From assembly GCA_044226625.1 (NCBI GenBank), contig JBGAGQ010000052.1, forward strand, positions 1-47,863: a stretch of DNA of 47,863 nucleotides, read 5' to 3'. Made by a program: the position numbers and the translations under genes. The DNA is from Thermoanaerobaculia bacterium (GTDB lineage Bacteria > Acidobacteriota > Thermoanaerobaculia > Multivoradales > UBA5704). The notes under the pieces were generated by a model. It made no database searches. It saw only the letters and a list, made by a program, of their open reading frames with translations, and was not told the origin of the DNA. The first letter of the stretch is position 1; every line of letters starts with the position of its first letter. Shown in pieces: positions 1 to 9,110 of the stretch.

Positions 1-1
1 G

Positions 2-3000
2 GCGCCGACGGTCGCCGCTCTCGCCTGGGCGGTCGAGGCCCGCTGGGTCGACCCGGCGGCGGCCGGCGCGCTCACCGCGCTGCCGGCGCTCGTGCCTGCG
101 CCCGAGCGGGCGGGCGAGCCGTTCCCGCTCACCGACCTCCAGCAGGCGTATTGGATCGGCCACACTACGGCGTACGAGCTGGCGGTCGCTTCGCCGCATT
201 CCTACCAGGAGATCGAATTCCCGGCGCTCGACGTCCGGCGCCTCGAAGCGGCCTGGGCGACGCTGGTCGCCCGCCATGGGGCGCTGCGGCTGCGCATCCT
301 GCCCGACGGACGGCAGCAGATCGAGCCCGAGTTGCCCGTAGAAATCGTCGTGCACGACCTCTCGGCGCTCGGCGAGGACGCGGCGGAGGAGCGGCTGCTC
401 GCCGTCCGGCAGCGGATGTCCGACCACGGACCGGACATCGAGAAGGGGCCGCTCTGGCGGCTCGAAGCGTCGCTCCTTCCGACCGGCGGCGTGAGGCTGC
501 ACGTCTCGCTCTCGCTGCTCGCCTGCGACGCGCGAAGCTTCAACGTCCTCGCCCGCGAGCTCGCCCGGCTCTATTTCGATCCCGAGGCTCAGCTGCCGCC
601 GCTCGAAATCGGCCTGCGCGACTACGTCTCGGCGCTCGCCGAGATCGAGTCGGGCGAGGCATACGCCCGATCGCTCGCCTATTGGCGCGAGCGCCTGCCG
701 AGCCTGCCGGGCGCGCCCGAGCTGCCGCTCGCGCAATCGCCCGCCTCGGTGCGGGTCTCGACATTCGTCCATCGCGAAGCGCGGTTGAAGCGGGCGAGCT
801 TCGAGCGGCTCAAGGAGCGGGCGCGCCGCGCCGGCTTGACGCCCACCGCGGTGCTCGCAAGCGCCTACGCCGAGGTGATCGCCGCCTGGAGCCGCAACCG
901 GCACTTCGTCCTCGACCTGCTCTACTTCAACGTCCTGCCGCTCCATCCGCAGGTGAGCGACCTGGTAGGCAACCTCAGCTCCACCCTGCTGCTCGAGGTC
1001 GACCGGAGTGGTAGCGCGCCGTTCGAAGAGGGGGCGCGCGGCTTGCAGCGGCAGATCTGGCGCGACATGGACCACGCGCTGGTCTCCGGCGTCCGCGTCC
1101 TCCGCGAGCTGTCGCGCGCGCAGGGAGCGGGGGGACGGGCGGCGGCGCCGATCGTCTTCGCGAGCACGCTCGGCACCCGTCCGGCTCCCGAGGCTTCCGA
1201 GATGCCCTCCGATGCGATCGCCACGCCGAGCGGCGAGCGGTCGGTCTTTGGCTACCTCCAGACGCCGCAGGTCTGGATCGACGCGCAGGTCCACGAGGCC
1301 GACGGCGATCTGGTCTCCAGCTGGTTCTCGGTCGACGAGCTGTTTCCCGCGGGCCTGGTCGACGCGATGTTCGCCGCCTACCAGCGCCTGATCGACCGCC
1401 TCGCCGGTGAGGAACAGGCGTGGGGCGAAGCGGTCGGCTCGCTCGCTTCCGAGGCCGAGCTGGCGCTTCGGGCTTCGGTCAACGCGACGGCGGCGGAGGT
1501 CCCCACCGGGGCGCTCCACGAGGAGTTCTGGCGGCGGGCGGAAGAGACCCCTGAGTCTCCGGCGGTGATCGCAGGCGGCAGCGGGGCCGGCTGGAGCGTC
1601 AGCTATGGCCAGCTCGCGGCGACCGTGGCCGCCCTCGCCGAGGAGATGCGCGCGGCGGGCGCCGTGCGGAACCGGTTGGTCGCGATCGTGATGGACAAAG
1701 GATGGGAGCAGGCCGCCGCCGCGCTCGCGATCGTCGAGTCGGGAGCCGCCTACCTGCCGATCGACCCACACGTGCCGGCCGAGCGGCTCGCCTATCTGCT
1801 GGAAAACGGCCGGGTCGAGATCGCCCTTACCCAGCCGGCGCTCGTCGACCCGCTCGCTTGGCCCGAGGGAGTACGGCGCATCGCGGTCACCGAGGTGCAG
1901 CCCGAGCTTCGAAAGAAACCATGGCGGCGGCCGGCGCCGGTGCCGCGGAGCGACGAAGATCTCGCTTACGTGATCTTCACCTCCGGCTCGACGGGGTTGC
2001 CCAAGGGGGTGATGATCGACCACCGGGGCGCCAAGAACACCGTGGTCGACGTGAACTCGCGGTTCGCGGTGAACGCGGACGATCGAACGTTCGCGATCTC
2101 GGCGCTCAACTTCGACCTTTCGGTCTGGGATCTGTTCGGCACGTTTGCCGCCGGAGGCGCGGTCGCGATCCCCGACGCCGCGGCGCTGCGCGAGCCGGCG
2201 CTCTGGCTCGATCTCGCGCGGCGGGCCCGGGTGACGATCTGGAACTCGGTTCCGGCGCTGGTCGAGATGCTCGTCGATCACTTGGAGAGCCGAAACGAGC
2301 GACTGCCGGACACACTGCGTCTCGTGCTGATGTCCGGCGACTGGATCCCGGTCGCGTTGCCGGACCGGCTGCGCCGGCTCGCGGCCAATCCGGAGCGGCT
2401 CGAAATCGTCAGCCTCGGCGGCGCCACGGAGGCCTCGATCTGGTCGATCCTCTATCCGATCGGCGCGGTCGATCCGGCCTGGACCAGCATTCCCTACGGC
2501 CGGCCGATGGTGAATCAGTCGTTCGCCGTGCTCGACGACGCGCTCTCCGACCGGCCGACCTGGGTGGCCGGAGACCTCTACATCGGCGGCGTGGGGGTCG
2601 CCCACGGCTATTGGGGCGACGAGGAGAAGACCCGGGCGGCTTTCGTCGTGACACCGACGGGCGAGCGGCTCTACCGCACCGGCGACGTCGGCCGCTATCT
2701 CCCCGGCGGCGACATCGAGTTCCTCGGTCGCGAGGACGCCCAGGTGAAGGTCCAGGGGTACCGCATCGAGCTGGGCGAGATCGAGGCGGCTCTCTCCGAG
2801 CTTGCCGGGATCAAGAGCGCCGTGGTCGCGGCGATCGGACCGCGGCGCGGCGCGAAGAGGCTCGCGGCCTACGTCGTTCCGACGGAGGGCTCGGCCGAGG
2901 CGATCGACGTCGCCGTGATTCGGGAGCGGCTCGCCGAGAAGCTGCCCGCCTACATGGTCCCCGCCTCGATCGTCGGCATCGACGCCCTGCCGCTCTCTGC

Positions 3001-4060
3001 CAACGGCAAGGTCGACCGCGCAGCGCTTCCCGATCCGGAGGCGCTCGCCGTCGCTCCCGAGAAGGTCGCGCCGCGCACGCCGACCGAAGCAGCGCTCGCC
3101 GTGCTGTTCGCCGAGCTGCTCGGCCTCGACGAGGTCTCGGTGCGGGACAGCTTCTTCGCGCTGGGCGGGCACTCGATGATCGCCGTGCGTCTGCTCGGGC
3201 GGATCCGCGCGGAGCTGGGGCGCGAGCTGCCGCTCGCAGCGTTGCTTTCCGACGGCACGGTCGAGGCGCTGGCCGCGCGGCTCGACGCCGGGCCGGCGGA
3301 GCGCTCTGGCGAACCCGACGGTCTCGTGCCGATCGAGCGGGCGCCGGGCTCGACGAAAGCGCCGCTCTTCTTCGTCCACGCGGTGGGCGGTGGAGTGTTT
3401 TCCTACGCCGGTCTGGCGCGCGCCCTGGGCACGGAGCGGCCCTTCTACGCGCTCGAAGCGCCCGCGGTCGAAGAGCTACCGAGCGCCTCGGTCGAGTCGC
3501 TCGCGGCGCGCTACGTCGCGGCGGTGCGCAAAGTTCAGGCACATGGCCCGTACCACCTCGGCGGTTGGTCGATGGGCGGCGCGGTCGCGTTCGAGATGGC
3601 GCGCCAGCTCGAGGCGGTTGGGGAGCCGGTGGCGACCGTGGCGATGCTCGACGTGGGCGAGCCGAAGGGCGCCTTGGCCGGTCGCACCGAGGCGATCGAT
3701 CCATCGCTGCTCGACGCGACGCTCGACGCCTGGTTCGATGGCGACCTCGCGGCGCTTCGGGGAGTCGAGACCTCGGATCTGCCTGAGGACGATCTCGCCC
3801 GGCGTCGCGCGATCTTCAAGCGCAACTACCGCGCGCTCCTTGCCTACGAGCCCGGTCCGTACCGCGGCGCGGTGACGCTCTACGCGGCGGATGCCGGCCT
3901 CGGCCGGTCGGGCGCTGAGTTCTGGCGCGCGCTCGCACCGGCGGCCGAGCTGCTCGCGGTGCCAGGCGACCACTACACGCTGCTGTTGCCTCCGAGTCTC
4001 TCGCTCCTCGCGGACGGGATCGCGTGCCGGCTCGCCGGCTCCGAAGGGAAGGGCGAGTGA
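2..4060 (+). CDS. NRPS, 5'-truncated; terminal module Cy(-like)-A(Cys)-T-TE
   Basis: Frame is open from base 2 (APTVAALA, end of a preceding T domain). Cy motifs FPLTDLQQAY, LPGAPELPL, QTPQVWID. A motifs YVIFTSGSTGLPKG, YRTGD, NGKVDR. Specificity code read by eye DLWNLSLIWK (Cys type). T motif GGHSM. TE motif GWSMGG. Confidence 0.95.
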   Translation, partial: APTVAALAWAVEARWVDPAAAGALTALPALVPAPERAGEPFPLTDLQQAYWIGHTTAYELAVASPHSYQEIEFPALDVRRLEAAWATLVARHGALRLRILPDGRQQIEPELPVEIVVHDLSALGEDAAEERLLAVRQRMSDHGPDIEKGPLWRLEASLLPTGGVRLHVSLSLLACDARSFNVLARELARLYFDPEAQLPPLEIGLRDYVSALAEIESGEAYARSLAYWRERLPSLPGAPELPLAQSPASVRVSTFVHREARLKRASFERLKERARRAGLTPTAVLASAYAEVIAAWSRNRHFVLDLLYFNVLPLHPQVSDLVGNLSSTLLLEVDRSGSAPFEEGARGLQRQIWRDMDHALVSGVRVLRELSRAQGAGGRAAAPIVFASTLGTRPAPEASEMPSDAIATPSGERSVFGYLQTPQVWIDAQVHEADGDLVSSWFSVDELFPAGLVDAMFAAYQRLIDRLAGEEQAWGEAVGSLASEAELALRASVNATAAEVPTGALHEEFWRRAEETPESPAVIAGGSGAGWSVSYGQLAATVAALAEEMRAAGAVRNRLVAIVMDKGWEQAAAALAIVESGAAYLPIDPHVPAERLAYLLENGRVEIALTQPALVDPLAWPEGVRRIAVTEVQPELRKKPWRRPAPVPRSDEDLAYVIFTSGSTGLPKGVMIDHRGAKNTVVDVNSRFAVNADDRTFAISALNFDLSVWDLFGTFAAGGAVAIPDAAALREPALWLDLARRARVTIWNSVPALVEMLVDHLESRNERLPDTLRLVLMSGDWIPVALPDRLRRLAANPERLEIVSLGGATEASIWSILYPIGAVDPAWTSIPYGRPMVNQSFAVLDDALSDRPTWVAGDLYIGGVGVAHGYWGDEEKTRAAFVVTPTGERLYRTGDVGRYLPGGDIEFLGREDAQVKVQGYRIELGEIEAALSELAGIKSAVVAAIGPRRGAKRLAAYVVPTEGSAEAIDVAVIRERLAEKLPAYMVPASIVGIDALPLSANGKVDRAALPDPEALAVAPEKVAPRTPTEAALAVLFAELLGLDEVSVRDSFFALGGHSMIAVRLLGRIRAELGRELPLAALLSDGTVEALAARLDAGPAERSGEPDGLVPIERAPGSTKAPLFFVHAVGGGVFSYAGLARALGTERPFYALEAPAVEELPSASVESLAARYVAAVRKVQAHGPYHLGGWSMGGAVAFEMARQLEAVGEPVATVAMLDVGEPKGALAGRTEAIDPSLLDATLDAWFDGDLAALRGVETSDLPEDDLARRRAIFKRNYRALLAYEPGPYRGAVTLYAADAGLGRSGAEFWRALAPAAELLAVPGDHYTLLLPPSLSLLADGIACRLAGSEGKGE

Positions 4061-4827
4061 AGCTCGACGAGGTCCGGGCGATAGTCACCGGCGCGGCACG
4101 CGGCCTGGGCAAGTGCTTCGCCCTGCAGCTCGTCGCGGCGGGCGCGCGAGTGCTCGGCGGCGACGTCGACCGCGCGGGGCTGCGCCAGCTCAAGGCCGAG
4201 AGCGAAGGCCTGCCCGGTGAGCTTGCCGTGGCGGGTCTCGACGTGGCGGACGAGGAGTCGGTCGCCCAGTTCTTCGCCGCCGCGGACGAGAAGCTCGACG
4301 GCGCGAACGTCCTCGTCAACAACGCCGGCATCCTGCGCGACGGCCGCCTCGCCGCGGGCGAAGGGACCGAGGTCGCCCGATACCCGACCGTCCAGTGGCG
4401 GAAGGTCTTCGACGTCAACCTGAACGGGCCGTTTCTGATGGCGCGCGAGTTCGTCGCCCGGGCGCTCGAGCGGCAGTTCCGCCCGGCGGTGATCGTCAAC
4501 ATCTCGTCGCTCGCCCGCGCGGGCAACGCCGGGCAGGGAAGCTACGCCGCCTCGAAAGCGGCGCTCGACGCCGCCACGCGGACCTGGGCGCTGGAGCTCG
4601 GTCCCGCGGGCATCCGCGTCGCGGCGGTGGCCCCCGGAGTGATCGACACGCCGATCCTCGAAGGGATCTCCGACGAGGCGATGGCGGCGCTCCGCGCCGC
4701 GATCCCACTCGGCCGGATCGGCCGGCCCGAAGAGGTTTGGCAGGCGGTGCGCTTCGTGCTCGAATGCGAATTTCTGACCGGCCGCATCGTCGAAGTCGAC
4801 GGCGGCGCCGCGATGGGCGGCGCCTGA
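4057..4827 (+). CDS. SDR family oxidoreductase (FabG-like)
   Basis: TGAARGLG, NNAG, YAASK. GTG start overlaps the NRPS stop (GTGA). Confidence 0.92.
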   Translation: MKLDEVRAIVTGAARGLGKCFALQLVAAGARVLGGDVDRAGLRQLKAESEGLPGELAVAGLDVADEESVAQFFAAADEKLDGANVLVNNAGILRDGRLAAGEGTEVARYPTVQWRKVFDVNLNGPFLMAREFVARALERQFRPAVIVNISSLARAGNAGQGSYAASKAALDAATRTWALELGPAGIRVAAVAPGVIDTPILEGISDEAMAALRAAIPLGRIGRPEEVWQAVRFVLECEFLTGRIVEVDGGAAMGGA

Positions 4828-4846
4828 GCCCCCCCAGGAGAACCCG

Positions 4847-7279
4847 ATGCTCCACGATCTCCGCATCGCTTATCGCCAGCTGGCGAGAAAGCCCGGACTC
4901 ACCGCGGCGCTCGTCGCGACGCTCGCGCTCGGCATCGGCGCGACCACCGCGATCTTCAGCCTGATCAACACGGTGCTGCTCCAACCGTTGCCGTATCCGA
5001 ATCCCGACCGGTTGGTGCGCATCTGGGGGAGCTTCAAGAAGCCCGACATCCCGCGCCTGATGGCGTCGGAAAAAGAGCTGCTCGATTACCAGAAAAACTT
5101 CAGCAAGTTCGCCGCGGTCGCCGGCTACGCCTGGCGCGACGGCAACCTCACCTCGGGCGACCAGCCGGAGCGAGTGCGCGTCTATTACCTGACCCACGAG
5201 TTCTGGGAGGTGATGGGCGTACCGGCGGCGGTCGGCCGGACGTTCGACGAGAAGGACGACCAGCCGGGAGCGCTGCCGGTGATCGTGATCTCGAACGGCC
5301 TCTGGCATCGCCGCTTCGGCGGCGACCGGGACGTCATCGGCAAAGAGGTGCAGCTGAACCTTGGGCCCCGAACCATCGTCGGCGTCATGCCGGAGGGCTT
5401 TTCCTACCCGTCCAAGGCGGAGGTCTGGGCGCCGTTCGGCCTCGATCCGGCGAACATGCCGCCGCGCCAGGAGCGCTACCTGGAGGTGATCGCCCGGATG
5501 ATCCCGGGCGTCACGCTCGAGCAGGCGAAGGCCGATCTCTTCGCCCAGACGAGCCAGTGGCCGAAGTGGTGGGGCGCCTATCCGCCGGACGGCGGCTTCT
5601 CGACCGAGCTGATCACGCTGCTCGAGCAGGAGGTGGGCGACGTCAAGCCGGCGCTGATGATCCTGCTCGGCGCGGTCGGGTTCGTGCTGCTGATCACCTG
5701 CGCGAACGTCGGCAGCATGCTGCTCGTGCGGGTCGAGGCGCGCTCGCGCGAGATCCTGGTTCGCTCCGCGCTCGGCGCGGGGCGTGGAGCCCTGATCCGC
5801 CAGTTCACGCTCGAAAGCCTGCTGCTCGCGCTCGCCGGGGGTACGGTCGGGCTGCTCTCGGCCTCGTGGGCGATCCGCGCCGTGGTCGACCGTTTCCCGG
5901 CCGCGATTCCGCGCTCGACCGACGTGGCGCTGGACGGACGGGTCGTCGCCTTCGCCTTCGGCGTGACCGTCCTCACGGCGTTGATCGTGAGCCTGGTGCC
6001 GGCCATTTACGGCGCGCGGCCGAACCTCTCCCAATCCCTCAAGGAGGTTTCGGCGAACACGATGGGCAGCTCGAAGCAGATCGGCCAGCGCCTGCTCGTG
6101 GTGCTGCAGATCGCCCTCGCGATCTCGCTCCTGATCGGCGCCGGCCTGCTCATCACGAGCTTCTTCCGGCTCCGTAGCGAGGCGGTCGGCTTCAACGCGA
6201 AAGACGTGCTGACGATGCAGATCTCTCTGCCTCGCGCCCGCTATCCCGACGGCGGTCCGGAGGTCCCGGCGTTCTTCGCCGAGCTCGACCGCCGGCTTGC
6301 GAGCGAGCGGGGGATCGTCGCCGCCGGAGTCGTGAGCCACCTGCCGCTCGGCGGCACCAACTTCACCTCGACCCTGGTTGCCGAGGGGCGCCCGACGACG
6401 ATCGGCGAATCGCAGCCGGCGCCGGGCCTCCGCTCGGTGACGCCCGGGTACTTCTCGGCGTTGCGTATCCCGATCGAGAAGGGGCGCGCTTTCACCTCCG
6501 CGGACGATGCTCGTGCCGGGCTGGTCGCGATCCTCGACCGCCGCCTCGCCGAGAACCTCTGGCCGGGCAAAGATCCCCTGGGCCGGCGCGTCCGCCTCGG
6601 ACCACCGGACGCGCCGGAGGGGATGTTCCCGTGGCGCACGGTCGTTGGGGTGGCGGGCAACGTGCGCGACGGCGGCCCGACGGAGCTTGCGAGCACGGAG
6701 GGCAACATCTATTTTCCCGAGGCGCAGCAGCCCGAGCGGACCGTCTTCCTCGCCGTCCGTTCCGCGACGGGCGATCCGCTCCAGCTCACCGGGACCGTAC
6801 GCGCGGCGATCCGGGCGATCGACCGCGACCAGCCGGTGGGGGACGTGGCGACGATGGAGCAGCGGCTCGGGGACGTGCTCGCGCGGCCGCGCCTTTCGGC
6901 GATCTTGCTGGCCGCGTTCGGCGGGCTCGCGCTGATCCTCGCGGCGGTGGGCATCTACTCCGTGGTGGCGCAGATGGTCGTGCGGCGGACCGGCGAGATC
7001 GGGCTTCGGATGGCCCTCGGCGCCGACCGCGGAACGATCCTGGGGCAGCTCGCCAAGAGCGGGCTCGCCCTCGTCGCGGTGGGTGTGATCCTCGGGCTCA
7101 CCCTCGCTTACGGCCTCACGCACCTGATCCAGAAGCTGCTCTACGGGGTGGCGGTCGGATCGACCCTCACCTACGTCTCGGTGGTCGGCCTGCTCGTCGC
7201 GGTCGCGGCGATCGCGATCGTCTGGCCCGCTCGCCGGGCGTCGCGTCTCGACCCGATCCTCGCGCTGCGCCAGGAATGA
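4847..7279 (+). CDS. ABC transporter permease, duplicated MacB/FtsX type (ADOP family)
   Basis: MLHDLRIAYRQLARKPG start, TLALGIGATTAIFS, LLITCANV, EIGLRMALGA, PARRASRLDP end; 810 aa; RBS AGGAG. Confidence 0.92.
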   Translation: MLHDLRIAYRQLARKPGLTAALVATLALGIGATTAIFSLINTVLLQPLPYPNPDRLVRIWGSFKKPDIPRLMASEKELLDYQKNFSKFAAVAGYAWRDGNLTSGDQPERVRVYYLTHEFWEVMGVPAAVGRTFDEKDDQPGALPVIVISNGLWHRRFGGDRDVIGKEVQLNLGPRTIVGVMPEGFSYPSKAEVWAPFGLDPANMPPRQERYLEVIARMIPGVTLEQAKADLFAQTSQWPKWWGAYPPDGGFSTELITLLEQEVGDVKPALMILLGAVGFVLLITCANVGSMLLVRVEARSREILVRSALGAGRGALIRQFTLESLLLALAGGTVGLLSASWAIRAVVDRFPAAIPRSTDVALDGRVVAFAFGVTVLTALIVSLVPAIYGARPNLSQSLKEVSANTMGSSKQIGQRLLVVLQIALAISLLIGAGLLITSFFRLRSEAVGFNAKDVLTMQISLPRARYPDGGPEVPAFFAELDRRLASERGIVAAGVVSHLPLGGTNFTSTLVAEGRPTTIGESQPAPGLRSVTPGYFSALRIPIEKGRAFTSADDARAGLVAILDRRLAENLWPGKDPLGRRVRLGPPDAPEGMFPWRTVVGVAGNVRDGGPTELASTEGNIYFPEAQQPERTVFLAVRSATGDPLQLTGTVRAAIRAIDRDQPVGDVATMEQRLGDVLARPRLSAILLAAFGGLALILAAVGIYSVVAQMVVRRTGEIGLRMALGADRGTILGQLAKSGLALVAVGVILGLTLAYGLTHLIQKLLYGVAVGSTLTYVSVVGLLVAVAAIAIVWPARRASRLDPILALRQE

Positions 7280-7331
7280 CCGCGCCCGGTCCCGGTTTCG
7301 TCCGATCTAGCCCCGTCGAAGTGGAGAGGCC

Positions 7332-9026
7332 ATGCTGCAGCTGTTTCGCGTCCTGAAGTTCACCCTCGCGCTCTCGCGGCAGGTGCGCGGCTCGCGTCCG
7401 ATGCTCTGGTTGGTGGTGATCACCGGCCTCCTGAGCGGCATGGCGACTACCGGGTTGATCGCGCTGATCAACGGGGCCCTGACCGGTTCGGGCGGCCTCT
7501 CTCGGGTGCTCGGCGGGCAGCGGGCGATCTACGCGTTCGTCGGCCTCTGCCTTGGGCTGCCGATCCTCCGCTTCGCCTCGACCGCCCTGCTGGTGAACCT
7601 CACCCAGAAGACGCTCTACCGGATGCGTCTCGCCTGGTGCCGTCACGTGCTCGCGGTGCCGATCCGCCAGCTCGAGCGGCTCGGCCCGGCGAAGATCTTC
7701 GCGAGCCTGACGAACGACCTCGGCGCGATCACGGAGGCGCTGCTCATGGTGCCGCAGATCGTGATGCACGTGGGGGTGCTCTCGACCTGCCTCGTCTATC
7801 TCGGCTGGCTCTCGCCGCGGATGCTCGGCTTCCTGCTCGGATTCATGGTCGTCGGCCTGGTGAGCTACCGGGTGCCGCTCGCCAAATCGTTCGCCATCGG
7901 CCGCCAGGCGCGAGAGCTGTGGGACGTCCTGCTGCAGCAGATCCGCGCGGTGACCGAAGGTGCCAAAGAGCTCAAGATGCACCGCAATCGGCGCCGCGCG
8001 ATGCTCGACCGACAGATCGAGCCGACCGCCGGCTCGCTACGTCGCCTGATCACCGTCGGCACCTACGTCTGGTCGGCCGCTTCGAGCTGGGGGCAGGTCC
8101 TCTTCTTCGTCGCGATCGGCCTGCTGCTCTTCGTGGTACCGCAGCGCTGGCCGACGCCGCTGCCGGTCCTCCTCGGCTACAGCGTGACCCTGATCGCGAT
8201 GATGACGCCGCTCGAAGGGATCCTCACCGCGATCCCGCGCCTCACCACGGCGAGCATCGCGATCCAGAAGATCGACGAGCTCGGCCTTTCGCTCGGCTCG
8301 GCCTCGCCCGAGAGAGAGGCGGACGACGTTCCGCCGGCCCCCTGGCGCACGCTCGAGCTGGTCGGCGTGGAGCACAGCTACCGGAGCGAAGCCTCGGGGG
8401 AGACGTTTTCCCTCGGGCCGATCGACCTCGCGTTCTCGCCCGGCGAGCTGGTCTTCCTGATCGGCGGCAACGGCAGCGGCAAGACGACGCTCGCCAAGGT
8501 GTTGCTCGGTCTCTATCCGCCGGAGCGCGGCGAGATCCGGGTCGATGGCGTGACCGTCGACGACGCCGGTCGCGACGCCTACCGGCAGCGCTTCGCCGTG
8601 GTTTTCTCCGACTTCTACCTGTTCGATACCCTGCTCGGGCTCGAAGTCGGGAGCGACGGGGCGCCGGATGCCGGTGCGCTGCGCTACCTGCGCGAGCTAC
8701 AGCTCGACCGCAAGGTGAAGATCGAGGGCGGAAAGCTCTCGACGCTCGACCTCTCCCAAGGGCAGAGGAAGCGCCTCGCGCTCCTCACCGCCTATCTGGA
8801 GGATCGGCCGATCTACCTGTTCGACGAATGGGCCGCGGACCAGGACCCGACCTTCAAGGAGGTCTTCTACCGCGAGATCCTGCCGGCGCTCAAGAAGCGG
8901 GGAAAGACCGTCTTCGTGATCAGTCACGACGACCACTATTACGACGCCGCCGACCGGATCGTGAAGCTCGACTACGGCAAGGTGGAAAGCGACCGGCGTC
9001 CGGAATCGGCGCGCGCCCTCGCCTAA
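7332..9026 (+). CDS. cyclic peptide export ABC transporter (SyrD/PvdE/YojI family)
   Basis: Fused TM and NBD domains; GGNGSGKTT, LSQGQRKRLAL, FDEWAADQDP, ISHDD. Confidence 0.93.
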   Translation: MLQLFRVLKFTLALSRQVRGSRPMLWLVVITGLLSGMATTGLIALINGALTGSGGLSRVLGGQRAIYAFVGLCLGLPILRFASTALLVNLTQKTLYRMRLAWCRHVLAVPIRQLERLGPAKIFASLTNDLGAITEALLMVPQIVMHVGVLSTCLVYLGWLSPRMLGFLLGFMVVGLVSYRVPLAKSFAIGRQARELWDVLLQQIRAVTEGAKELKMHRNRRRAMLDRQIEPTAGSLRRLITVGTYVWSAASSWGQVLFFVAIGLLLFVVPQRWPTPLPVLLGYSVTLIAMMTPLEGILTAIPRLTTASIAIQKIDELGLSLGSASPEREADDVPPAPWRTLELVGVEHSYRSEASGETFSLGPIDLAFSPGELVFLIGGNGSGKTTLAKVLLGLYPPERGEIRVDGVTVDDAGRDAYRQRFAVVFSDFYLFDTLLGLEVGSDGAPDAGALRYLRELQLDRKVKIEGGKLSTLDLSQGQRKRLALLTAYLEDRPIYLFDEWAADQDPTFKEVFYREILPALKKRGKTVFVISHDDHYYDAADRIVKLDYGKVESDRRPESARALA

Positions 9027-9063
9027 TTTCCCCCACCGCCTTCTTGGAAACTCGCCAACCTTT

Positions 9064-9090
9064 GTAGGGGCGGAGGCAAGCTCCGCCCCT
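9064..9090 (+). terminator. hairpin between convergent genes (GTAG-footed, REP-like)
   Basis: AGGGGCGGAG-GCAAG-CTCCGCCCCT, a perfect 10-bp stem starting within a GTAG tetranucleotide. Confidence 0.5.
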
Positions 9091-9110
9091 TCGTCGCCGG
9101 AAGCAGGCTC

